Shown here piece after piece: positions 54,187-64,000 of a DNA stretch of 64,000 nt (within the stretch, counting starts at the first letter, position 1; every line of letters starts with the position of its first letter). This DNA comes from Eledone cirrhosa. Lineage: Eukaryota. The stretch covers positions 66,278,001-66,342,000 of the forward strand of contig OZ024747.1 of the NCBI GenBank assembly GCA_964016885.1. The letters are read 5' to 3'. The notes beneath the pieces were generated by a model, which saw only the letters and a list, made by a program, of their open reading frames with translations, was not told where the DNA came from and did not search any database. Position numbers and translations under genes: made by a program.

Positions 54187-55119
54187 TTATATACACACAC
54201 ATATAAGCAAAAAGATATACAAAGATACATACACAAGCGTGTACATACACAAACGCATACACACACACACACACACACATACACACACACATACACACAC
54301 ACACGTGTGTGTGTCTGTTATTTGTATCTTAATTTCGAGTTTATTTCTGACCAACCATCTTCCTGGCATCAAGGTTGTAAAAAAATATCTCTGTCATTCA
54401 TTGCGCAGTGTTTGAATCTTAAGAATGTTTTAGAGAATTTTAATGTTCCAAATATCGTGGTCAGTTGTAGCTTATGTATTAATGAGCTGAGCTTTTTCTC
54501 CAAGAATCCAATGTTAGTCATATATTGGTTCAGATGGATTTGTATATATCCTATAATTACAATAATAGTATTATGAATCTGAACGTGAAAACTCCTCCTC
54601 AATGGTCCACAAACATCCTAAGTATGTATGTATGTATGTATGTATGTATGTATGTATGTATGTATGTATGTATGTATGTATGTATGTATGTATTTCACTC
54701 GTTCAGCCCATCGGTAGGGGTTCTCCTACATGGATATAAAGTAGTGGCCGTACTCGAAAACGAGTTGACAGCCACCATGTATGTATGTATGTATGTATGT
54801 ATGTATGTATGTATGTATGTATGTATGTATGTATGTATGTATGTACAAGATTATGTCAACTGTTGACTTTCAAGAGTTTGTATAGTTGAAGCCGATCGTA
54901 TTACAGTCCAGTATTATTATAATTGCTTTACAGCATAGAGTTATGGCTCCCCACGCTCTGAGCTTGTAATCTTGTATCAGTAATGACGGTAATATATATA
55001 TATATGTGTGTGCATGTAAGTGAGTAGAGTAGCGTGTGCGTGTGTTTGTTTGTATGTATGTGTTGCTGTGTGTATGTCGTACGTATAAGTGTCAATAAGT
55101 GAGTTTTTTTTTTTTTTTG

Positions 55120-55400
55120 CGCGGGGACATAGAAATAATCGGACTGGATGCCCGATCGCGCAGTTAAACCACTGGGAGTGAAGAACCCCTAGCCCTTGTC
55201 AGGGCATTCTTCTAGGAGAAGGCATCTCAGGAAACTGGGTTAACTCCGATATAAAACCTGCGGCTCAGTAGTTATCGATGATGTTGATCTTTTCTTCTTT
55301 TCGGGTTATAGCTACTGTCGCTCAGAGAGTGGGATTGGCTCAGTGCACAGTCTTTCCTCACTTTAAAAATATTCGTCACGCACAGGCATTGCACGAGTGC
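55120..55400 (+). mobile_element. RTE-5'UTR-like non-autonomous element
   Basis: tctaggagaaggc..aaaacctg; similar to 18040-18240. Confidence 0.4.
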
Positions 55401-55426
55401 ATTAATAATCATTAATAGTGTACTAC

Positions 55427-58400
55427 TATTATTATTATTATTATTATTATTATTGTTATTGTTATTCTTTGAATCTCAGTCATTGATGTTGGTTAACTGG
55501 AAAGTCCGTTGGATTGAATATCAAGCCACTACCTGCAGCCTCAGATATTCAGGACGTATCGGAGGGTTCTTGCCGTTCCAAGCAAGCATGCCTTTTGAAG
55601 CGTTCCAAAAAGCGTGAAGGGGCCGATTTTCTTTAACCATCCCTGGAAACCTTTGGAGATAGTCCCCAGTGCGCCTATGACAATCGGGATCACTTTGACT
55701 TCATGGCAGTTCCAAATCCTTTTCACCTCCCACTTTAGGTTCTGGTATCGGTTAATTTTCTCCCTCTCCTTCTCTTGCACTCTCGTGTCGAACGGGCAGG
55801 CCACATCCACAATCAGGCACGATCTTTTTTCTTTGTCCACAACCACCAGGTCAGGTCTATTGTGTTCCAGTTTTTTGTCCGTCTGTATCCTAAAATCCCA
55901 CAGCACCTTCACCTGACTGTTCTCCATCACCGCCTCTGGCCTATGCTCATACCATTTCTCAGAATGTGGTAGATTGTTTACTTTGCACAGGTGCCAGTGG
56001 ATCACCCTGCCCATCACATCGTGTCTCCAGCCCTTATAGTGGGTCTGGGCTAGGTGTTTACACTCGGACACAATGTGAGCCACAGTCTCCTCTCTCTCTC
56101 CACAGATCCTGCACAGTGGGCTAGCCTCCTCCTTGTAGATATGGTGCTTCAACCACTTCGTTTTGAGGGCCTGCTCCTGCGCAGCCATTAGCATTCCTTC
56201 TGTAGCCTTTTTGAGGTCTCCTCTTCTCAACCAGTTCCATGTCTGTGGATCTCTAAATTCAGTTTTCTCAAAGAAGGTACTATGAAGGGATTTTCCCTTA
56301 AGGCTGCTCTTCCTCCTTGATGTTATTTCCTCCTTGGATATCCCCTGGCCTACTGTCCCCTCCTTCAGTACAGCTCTGAGCATTGGCTCCTTACTATAGG
56401 TCACGTATTTGTATAGGTTGTTTTTCTCCATCTGAACACAGTCCTCTATGCTGATAAGACCTCTTCCACCCTCAGATCTCCTTAGGTAGAGTCTATCGAC
56501 ATCACTCCTCTTGTGGAACATGTTGTAGATAGTCAATAGCTTCCTAGTCTTCCTATCCATTTCTTTTTGTTCAGCAACATTCCATCTCAGAATTCCCGCA
56601 CTGTACCTAATAATAGACACAGCTCGGGAATTTACTGCGCTTATGGCATTTCTGCTGTTCAGATGTGACTTCAATACGCTCCTTACTCTCCGAATGTATT
56701 CAGTTCTTAACAATTCCTTCATTTTTTTGTTCTTTATGCCATCAGCCTCCAGAACGCCCAAATACTTGTATCCTTCCTCAGAGTCAATTTCCTTTATCAT
56801 CTCACCTGTTGGTATCTGGATCCCGTTACTTCTGCTCAACCTACCCCTCCTCATCACAATGACTCCACATTTACCAATACCAAACTGCATACATATATCA
56901 CTGCTGAAAATACGGACAGTGTCAACAAGCACATCCAACTCCTTCTCACTTTTCCCGAAGAGCTTAAGATCGTCCATGAAGAGGAGGTGATTGATGGTAA
57001 GCTCTCCCCTTCCCAACTTGTATCCTGCTCTCACTTTTCGCAGCATAATGGTCAAGGGCATCAGGGCAAGGACAAACAACAGAGGGGACAGGCTATCTCC
57101 CTGGAAGATACCTCTCTTGATCTTCACGCTTCCCAAGGATACTCCAGTTGATGTCAACTCTGTCTCCCAGGACCCCATACTCCTGCCCAGCAACTGTCTG
57201 ATGTTATCTGCCACCCTGAAGATCTCCAGGCTTTTGGTGATCCAGGAATGAGGCACCATGTCAAATGCCTTTCTGTAGTCTATCCATCCCATGGCAAGAT
57301 CAGTGTGTCTCCTCCTGCAATTCCCCATTACCATCTTATCAATAAGCAACTGGTCCTTTGTACCACGTGACTTCTTTCGGCATCCTTTCTGTTCGTCCGG
57401 CAACAAGTTGTTTGTGTGGAGGTGATGGTAGATTTCCTCAGACACAATGCTCGTCAACAGTTTCCACATTACGGGCAGACATGTGATAGGTCTATAGTTG
57501 GTAACATCATTACCCTTGATTCGGTCTTTCATTATCAGAACTGTGGTACCTTTTGTCAACCACTCTGGCACCTCACCCGACACCAAGCAGTCATTGAACA
57601 TGGCCGTCAGCTTCGGGTGGAGGGATGTTAAATGTTTAATCCAATACCCCTGCACACCATCTGGGCCTGGTGATTTCCAGTTGGTTAGTTTTTTGGCTTG
57701 CCCCTTAAGAGTTTCAACTGTGATACTCAAATCAGTCTGTTGCTGTGCCTGCTCACCGATCTCCCTCTGTACTGTCTCAATCCACCCTGCCTGGGCATTG
57801 TGTCTAACATCCTGCTCCCATATTCCTCTCCAGAATGTTTTAGCTTGTTCCGCCCCAGGGATCAAGTCGTTGCCTCTTTCTTTCCCCTCAAGCTGTCCAA
57901 ACAGCATCTTCTGGTTGTTGTCGAACATGCGGTTCTGTTTATACTGACTGACTCTGTTCTCGTATCGCCTGATTTTGGCACTCTTTGCTACAATGCGTTG
58001 CTTCAATTCCTCTATGATAATATTTAGCTTTTTACTCCTAGTTTTGTATTTTATTTCCAGTCTATTTTTAGTGCCTATGTTTTTTAGTGTCCCATTCAGT
58101 AGTGACTCAAGCTTTCCTATGTCATTTCTCATTTCCTCGATTTGCCCACTCAGTCGCTTCTTCCACCACGGCTCTGCTCTTTCTTGTCTGTTGTTTCCTC
58201 TCGCTTTTATACCAAGTAGTTTCCTCACCGTATTTGCTGTTGCTTTGAGGATATTGTTGCACTGGTGAAGACTCCTCGCCTCAAGGTATGGGATGACTTT
58301 GTTTACCTTAGCTGTTGTTTCTTTTAACTTTTTCCTGTCTACAAATCTTAGGTTCATAGGTCTCCCACTATCATTGTTCAACTCATCTACCACTAAATTT

Positions 58401-60318
58401 AGGATGTCAACCGAATCTTGTCCTAGCCCGTCAGCATTCATCTCCTCAGTGGCCGTATCTCTGTTCCAGGTATTATTTATCTCAGTATTCAGATCATTGT
58501 CTGCTTCGGGTGGTTCCTCCGTTCTCAGGACCTCCTCACCTTCATTTCCCGCCGGCTCGCTTGTCTGGCATACTACACCCGCCATCTCCAAGCCATTCTC
58601 TCTGCTCAGTTCCTCCAGTTCCAGCTCGCTTATCCACCCATTAGTTCTTATTACCCGAGCCTGCCCGGCCAATTTTTGTTCATCTAATTTAAATAAACCA
58701 ATCTCGTTCCAGATGTTATGCATCCGTCTCCTGTAGCCCCTCTCCTTGGGGTTACTTTTCAGGTAGCATTGCATAACAGTTCTATTCAATTCTTTCGTCC
58801 AGTTGGTTCTGGCCCCTTTCCTTCTTCTTCTTCCTCCAACATCAGCAGTATTTGGTTGACAGTCAGGTTCCTGCTGCTGAGCCAGGGGGCACCTGTTGGG
58901 TGAGAGTCTGTCACATGACGTTCTAGTCTCCATTTCACCGTTATTCGAACTGTTTATGTTCGATATTTAAACACTCTTATCGAGGATTGGCGAATGTATG
59001 TTTACATAGCCATCTGTGGATCCGCCATCCCACTTGGCCCTTGTGTGGCATTATCACCACGCTGTATACGGACACACATAAACAAACAAACACACGGGCA
59101 GAAAGGGCCCCAAAAATGAATAAGCATAAGTTTCATTGTAATGTAGTATTCGAATGTCTGACTTAGTTTTTGTTTTTTAAGTTTTACTTTTTCCCCCCTC
59201 TTCTCTGTCCGTCCGCCTGCTTCTCTCTTCATTCTTATTTTCTTTACGTTTTTGGGGTGTCTTTTTTTGTTTTTGTTTTTCTCTGTTTGTTTTTCTCGTT
59301 TTTTGCTGTTGTTGCTGTGCTGCTTTTGTTGTTTGTTTTTTCTTTTTTCTTTTGAGTCTATCTATATATTTTGATGCCTTCCTCTTTGTTAGTAGTAGGA
59401 ATTCTATAATGTGGAAGTGGCAGCCAGCAGAGACTGGCGGCGTTGGCGATACTGAGACAGTGGTGGTGGTGATGTCGATACCGAGGCAGTGGTGGCGGTG
59501 ATGCGACCGTATTACTGTAGTGATGGTGCTGTAGCGGTGGCAGCAGCAGTGAAGGAGTCAAGGGGTGGCGGCGGCGGTGATGGGATAGTGGTGGTAATGA
59601 TGGCCGTAGTGAGCGGTGGCGGTGAAGGTGAAAATGCTGTTGTGTTTAGTGTACACAGATGATGGGGTGGGTGGTGTATCTAGTTTCTGGTGTTGGTGAG
59701 TTTCGCTGTCCTATATAGTGTAGCCAGAGGAGAGGAGGGGGGGGGGTTCTTCTTCTTCCATTTATAGCCATTTTATTTTTTTTTGGATATACAGTGTACA
59801 ATACAAAGTTGAATATTTGAATATTTGAGCCGTATTACTGTAGTGATGGTGCTGTAGCGGTGGCAGCAGCAGTGAAGGAGTCAAGGGGTGGTGGCGGCGG
59901 TGATGGGATAGTGGTGGTAATGATGGCCGTAGTGAGCGGTGGCGGTGAAGGTGAAAATGCTGTTGTGTTTAGTGTACACAGATGATGGGGTGGGTGGTGT
60001 ATCTAGTTTCTGGTGTTGGTGAGTTTAGCTGTCCTATATAGTGTAGCCAGAGGAGAGGAGGGGGGGGGGGGTTCTTCTTCTTCCATTTATAGCCATTTTT
60101 TTTTGGATATACAGTGTACAATACAAAGTTGAATATTTGAATATTTGAGCCTTATAACAATATGTTTTGGGTCCGAATTTTTTGGGGGCTCAAGCCGGGT
60201 GCTTTACGTAGCATTTGTACTAAGAGTTGTTATTTCACAAATGATTTAAATATGTTAAAAATTCAAAACTTACGGGAGCGATTTCATGACCTCCGTCACC
60301 TCGTGCGTCTTCTTCCCT
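55427..60318 (-). mobile_element. Apparently full-length Dong/R4-clade LINE
   Basis: (TTA)n on both flanks; same 5' UTR duplication as the + copy; intact ORF. Confidence 0.93.
55541..58933 (-). CDS. Dong/R4 ORF: reverse transcriptase + CCHC + restriction-like endonuclease (1130 aa, intact)
   Basis: YRPITCL, WIDYRKAFD, GIFQGDSLSP, FMDD, GGRGL, CRICG..HIVSEC, RHD, RPDLVVVD..DVACP. Confidence 0.93.
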   Translation of the reverse strand: METRTSCDRLSPNRCPLAQQQEPDCQPNTADVGGRRRRKGARTNWTKELNRTVMQCYLKSNPKERGYRRRMHNIWNEIGLFKLDEQKLAGQARVIRTNGWISELELEELSRENGLEMAGVVCQTSEPAGNEGEEVLRTEEPPEADNDLNTEINNTWNRDTATEEMNADGLGQDSVDILNLVVDELNNDSGRPMNLRFVDRKKLKETTAKVNKVIPYLEARSLHQCNNILKATANTVRKLLGIKARGNNRQERAEPWWKKRLSGQIEEMRNDIGKLESLLNGTLKNIGTKNRLEIKYKTRSKKLNIIIEELKQRIVAKSAKIRRYENRVSQYKQNRMFDNNQKMLFGQLEGKERGNDLIPGAEQAKTFWRGIWEQDVRHNAQAGWIETVQREIGEQAQQQTDLSITVETLKGQAKKLTNWKSPGPDGVQGYWIKHLTSLHPKLTAMFNDCLVSGEVPEWLTKGTTVLIMKDRIKGNDVTNYRPITCLPVMWKLLTSIVSEEIYHHLHTNNLLPDEQKGCRKKSRGTKDQLLIDKMVMGNCRRRHTDLAMGWIDYRKAFDMVPHSWITKSLEIFRVADNIRQLLGRSMGSWETELTSTGVSLGSVKIKRGIFQGDSLSPLLFVLALMPLTIMLRKVRAGYKLGRGELTINHLLFMDDLKLFGKSEKELDVLVDTVRIFSSDICMQFGIGKCGVIVMRRGRLSRSNGIQIPTGEMIKEIDSEEGYKYLGVLEADGIKNKKMKELLRTEYIRRVRSVLKSHLNSRNAISAVNSRAVSIIRYSAGILRWNVAEQKEMDRKTRKLLTIYNMFHKRSDVDRLYLRRSEGGRGLISIEDCVQMEKNNLYKYVTYSKEPMLRAVLKEGTVGQGISKEEITSRRKSSLKGKSLHSTFFEKTEFRDPQTWNWLRRGDLKKATEGMLMAAQEQALKTKWLKHHIYKEEASPLCRICGEREETVAHIVSECKHLAQTHYKGWRHDVMGRVIHWHLCKVNNLPHSEKWYEHRPEAVMENSQVKVLWDFRIQTDKKLEHNRPDLVVVDKEKRSCLIVDVACPFDTRVQEKEREKINRYQNLKWEVKRIWNCHEVKVIPIVIGALGTISKGFQGWLKKIGPFTLFGTLQKACLLGTARTLRYVLNI

Positions 60319-60387
60319 TATTATTATTATTATTATTATTACTATTATTATTACTTTTTTTTTTTTTTTTTTTTTTTTTTCAATTCA

Positions 60388-63300
60388 ATGATGTTCCAGA
60401 ACAATATAAAAGAGATAATTGGCAATTTAGGTTCTGGAACAAAAAAGATCATTGGCAATAAGGGCAGGGGCCCCAAGTTATCACAGCCTGGGCCCGCTCG
60501 TCATCGTGCCATTGTAATAGAGCCAAACAAGGCATTTAGTCTTGGCTGCTGGAACGTACGGACGCTGCTTGACAGGGATTCCTTGGAGCGTCCTGAACGA
60601 AGGACCGCTCTTGTTGCAAAGGAGCTTCGACGTTACGATCTTGACATCGTGGCTTTATCTGAGACGAGGTTAGCTGGAGATGGTCATCTTACGGAATTTT
60701 GTGGAGAATATACATTCTTCTGGAAAGGAAGAGATGAAGGAACCAGAAGAGAGGCTGGGGTAGGATTTGCTAAGACTGTACTTGTGAATAAATTAGAAGA
60801 ATTCCCAGTAGGGATTAGTGAGCGTCTTATGTCCATGAGAGTTCCGCTGGACAGAGGAAGATATGCTACCCTGGTGAGTGTGTATGCTCCAACTATGAAT
60901 TCTGTCGATGAAGAAAAACTGTCCTTTTACCATGCCTTGAAAGGTGTTCTAAGAAATATCCCTCAGGCAGACAAAGTCATCGTGCTTGGTGACTTTAATG
61001 CTAGAGTGGGTAGGGATTTTAACACATGGAATGTAATCGGAAGACATGGGGTGGGAAAGTGTAACAGCAATGGTATGCTCCTGCTGCAGATGTGTGAGGA
61101 GCTGGATCTGTGTGTTACCAACACCATGTTCCAACAAAAGAACAAATTCAAGACCACATGGATGCATCCTGCATCTAAAGAATGGCATCTTTTGGACTAC
61201 GTCCTAGTCAGGATGCGTGACAGACAGGATGTGCAGTGTGTTCGTGTTCTTCGTGGAGCTGAGTGCTGGACGGACCACCGCCTGGTACGCGCAAAAGTGA
61301 AACTAATCACCAAACGTAAAATCCAGGCTCCTGGTGTTACCCTGCCCAAAAGATTGAATGCTGCTCGTCTTAAGGATAAAAATGTGAAGAGGACATTGGA
61401 AGAAGAGATGCAGGCTGCTGATCTTGGTGAGGATTGGCCGACCCTTAAAAAGTCGGTTTATGATGTAGGCAGGCGTGTTCTGGGATTGGTGCAGAGAAAA
61501 CATCAGGACTGGTTTAATGAGAATGATGTACATATAGAAGACTTGTTGGCTGATAAGAGGCGTGCTCTGTCACGCTACTTGACGGCAAAACCACAGGAGA
61601 GGAATACGTTGCATGAGGAGCTCAGGGATGTAAAATCACGTGTTAGGCGGAGTCTTTCTCAGATGAAGGATCAGTGGTGGAGTGAGAAGGCTGGTGAGAT
61701 ACAAATTGCGTCTGATTCCAATAACACAAAGCTGTTGTACAGTCTCTTGCATGAGGTTTATGGACCGTCTTCTTCTCTGGTGACACTGCTTCGCAGCAAG
61801 GATGGCAAAGAACTTCTTCGTGACTCACAGGGAATTCTACGAAGGTGGCGAGAGCACTTTGATGATCTTTTGAATCAGCCGTCTGTCGTCAGTGAAGATT
61901 TCCTCAATCTCATTCCAGAAAGTCCTGTGAAAGTAGCTCTCGCAGAACCTCCGACGCTTGTGGCGGTTGCAGTGGCTATTTCGAAGCTGAACAGTGGAAG
62001 ATCTCCAGGTATGGATGGCATACATGCTGAGCTCCTACAATATGGTGGTGAGAGACTCCTGCAACATCTGCACTCTTTGTTTGGAAGGATATGGGCTAAT
62101 GAATCCGTACCTGAGGACTGGAGAGATGTAGTAATGGTGGTCTTGTACAAGGGAAAAGGTAACAGGAATGATTGTGGAAACTACAGAGGTATATCATTGC
62201 TTTCTGTCGTAGGGAAAGTTTTATGTAGGGTGCTTCTGGACCGTCTGCTGACACACATTGCAGATTGTGTTCTTCCTGAAAGTCAATCTGGTTTTCGTGC
62301 TGGACGTGGCACTACTGATATGATCTTCTCAGCTAGACAGCTCCAGGAGAAGTGCATTGAACAAGGCTTGGATCTGTATCAGGTTTTTGTCGATCTGACA
62401 AAGGCTTTCGATGCTGTCAACAGAGAGGCATTATGGAAGATTCTCCAGAAACTTGGTTGCCCTGATAAGTTCCTTGCTTTAGTTAGGTCTTTCCATGACG
62501 ACATGAAGGCTTGGGTTAATGTCGGAGGTAACATGTCGGAGCCTATCTCAGTAAAAAATGGAGTGAAACAGGGGGATATTCCAGCACCGACCCTGTTTGC
62601 CATATACTTTGCAATGGTTTTCTGTATTGCATTCAGGAATTGCGAGAATGGTGTTTATATCCGATATCGATCCTCACGCAGCATATTTAACATCAGGCGC
62701 TTTGCTGCGAAGACAAAAGTATTTACATCAATCATAATAGACCTCTTGTATGCAGATGATTGCGATCTTTTAGCGCACACAGAGAGTGATATGCAGCACA
62801 TTTTGAATGCATTTTCATACGCTTGCACTGCCCTGGGTTTGACTGTCAGTCTCAAGAAAACCGTCGTCATGTACCAACCTGCCCCTAGTAAGCAGTACAC
62901 TGAACCAAACATCTATGTGTATGGCAAACGACTTGGAGTGGTTGATCAGTTTGTCTACCTGGGAAGCACTGTCAATCGATACGGCAACCTTGACAGTGAA
63001 ATCTCACTTAGGATTAGGAAAGCAAGTGATGCTTTCGGAAAGCTAGAAAGGCGACTCTGGGGTCGGCGAGACATATGCAGGAGGACAAAGGTAAAGGTGT
63101 ACAGGGCATGTGTACTCTCTTGTCTTCTTTATGCCTGTGAGACCTGGGTCACATATCGACACCACCTTAAGCAATTGGAGCGTTTCCATCAGATGTGTCT
63201 CAGACGGATCCATGGCGTTCACTGGAGGGACCACATCAGTGATGTCGAGATTTTAGAAAGCTCTATGTGTGACAGTATAGAAGCTCTTGTGCTTAAGCAA

Positions 63301-63930
63301 CGACTCCGTTGGAGTGGTCACCTTGCCAGGATGAAGGATTCTAGAATACCAAAACAACTCTTCTATAGAGAGTTGGTTAAAGGAAAACGACCGCCACATA
63401 AACCAAAAAAGAGGTATAAGGATTCCTTGAAAGCCTCTCTGAAAGACGCTAACATCTCTGCTGATACATGGGAAAATATTGCTGCTGATCGTAATAAATG
63501 GAGAAAGACTGTATATGAGGGAAAAGTTGCCTTTGAGGCATCTCGAATCGCACACGAAAAAGTAAAGCGGGATGTGAGGAAGGGCATTGCTGTTGCACTT
63601 CCAGACGGCGAGGGTCCTCCTATGGTGCTGACATACAGCGTCTGTGCGAGACTCTGCCTAAGCAAGGTTGGACTCGAAAGTCATCTTCGCAGTCATAAAG
63701 TAAGACCAGTGGTTGACTACCAGGCTGCTGTTGGAGATGCTACTCATCATGCTTGCCAAACATGTGGTAGAGAATGTAAATCAGCAGGAGGGCTCAAGCG
63801 ACATGCAAAAGTACACGAACTCCAACCACAGCCGACTATTCCCAGTGAATGTTTTGGTTGCCGACTTTGTGCAAGACATTGTAGATCATTGGCTGGGCTA
63901 AAAAGCCACATTCGATCGCAGCACTGTTAG
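60388..63930 (+). CDS. RTE-clade LINE ORF: APE endonuclease + RT + three C2H2-type fingers
   Basis: WNVRTL, ALSETRL, SVYAPT, GDFNARVG, LDYVL, TDH; YADD; CxxC..HxxxH repeats; open frame; start at ATG 60388 is inferred (the upstream frame is microsatellite); followed by a (TG)n-type tail. Confidence 0.92.
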   Translation: MMFQNNIKEIIGNLGSGTKKIIGNKGRGPKLSQPGPARHRAIVIEPNKAFSLGCWNVRTLLDRDSLERPERRTALVAKELRRYDLDIVALSETRLAGDGHLTEFCGEYTFFWKGRDEGTRREAGVGFAKTVLVNKLEEFPVGISERLMSMRVPLDRGRYATLVSVYAPTMNSVDEEKLSFYHALKGVLRNIPQADKVIVLGDFNARVGRDFNTWNVIGRHGVGKCNSNGMLLLQMCEELDLCVTNTMFQQKNKFKTTWMHPASKEWHLLDYVLVRMRDRQDVQCVRVLRGAECWTDHRLVRAKVKLITKRKIQAPGVTLPKRLNAARLKDKNVKRTLEEEMQAADLGEDWPTLKKSVYDVGRRVLGLVQRKHQDWFNENDVHIEDLLADKRRALSRYLTAKPQERNTLHEELRDVKSRVRRSLSQMKDQWWSEKAGEIQIASDSNNTKLLYSLLHEVYGPSSSLVTLLRSKDGKELLRDSQGILRRWREHFDDLLNQPSVVSEDFLNLIPESPVKVALAEPPTLVAVAVAISKLNSGRSPGMDGIHAELLQYGGERLLQHLHSLFGRIWANESVPEDWRDVVMVVLYKGKGNRNDCGNYRGISLLSVVGKVLCRVLLDRLLTHIADCVLPESQSGFRAGRGTTDMIFSARQLQEKCIEQGLDLYQVFVDLTKAFDAVNREALWKILQKLGCPDKFLALVRSFHDDMKAWVNVGGNMSEPISVKNGVKQGDIPAPTLFAIYFAMVFCIAFRNCENGVYIRYRSSRSIFNIRRFAAKTKVFTSIIIDLLYADDCDLLAHTESDMQHILNAFSYACTALGLTVSLKKTVVMYQPAPSKQYTEPNIYVYGKRLGVVDQFVYLGSTVNRYGNLDSEISLRIRKASDAFGKLERRLWGRRDICRRTKVKVYRACVLSCLLYACETWVTYRHHLKQLERFHQMCLRRIHGVHWRDHISDVEILESSMCDSIEALVLKQRLRWSGHLARMKDSRIPKQLFYRELVKGKRPPHKPKKRYKDSLKASLKDANISADTWENIAADRNKWRKTVYEGKVAFEASRIAHEKVKRDVRKGIAVALPDGEGPPMVLTYSVCARLCLSKVGLESHLRSHKVRPVVDYQAAVGDATHHACQTCGRECKSAGGLKRHAKVHELQPQPTIPSECFGCRLCARHCRSLAGLKSHIRSQHC

Positions 63931-64000
63931 TTGTTATCGTGTGTGTGTGTAGATATGCTTATGTGCGTGCGTATGTGTGTATATATATATGTATATGTAT

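Noticed and set aside
60286-60387. N-terminal extension of the RTE ORF (poly-Y/F)
   Set aside because: Reads through the Dong 5' end, (TTA)n and polyT; chance open frame

Overview
AT-rich, microsatellite-dense animal genomic DNA. The repeat content (tRNA-head SINEs with a Meta-like core, Penelope, Dong/R4 and RTE elements, abundant (TA)n/(CA)n/(TATG)n) suggests a cephalopod, probably Octopus; this is inference. One host gene is visible: the last four coding exons (2367-2587, 48602-48908, 49735-49860, 53733-53978, + strand) of a class A neuropeptide-type GPCR, with a 46-kb intron. The intron and 3' flank hold a 5.5-kb fold-back Penelope-like element (PLE), a second PLE remnant, two near-identical opposite-facing Dong/R4 LINEs, two opposite-facing RTE LINEs with three C-terminal C2H2 fingers, CRE, L1/Tx1 and RTE fragments, SINEs with TSDs, a hAT MITE and Helitron-like ends. 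The main unannotated signal is a dense set of type I hammerhead ribozyme (HHR) motifs from at least six sequence families, folded by eye. They include natural U3-A8 core variants, a family with a ~100-nt stem II, and a ~420-nt retrozyme-like repeat. Several lie on the GPCR pre-mRNA strand. One Dong copy also has two in-frame TGA codons, both at Cys positions of its twin.
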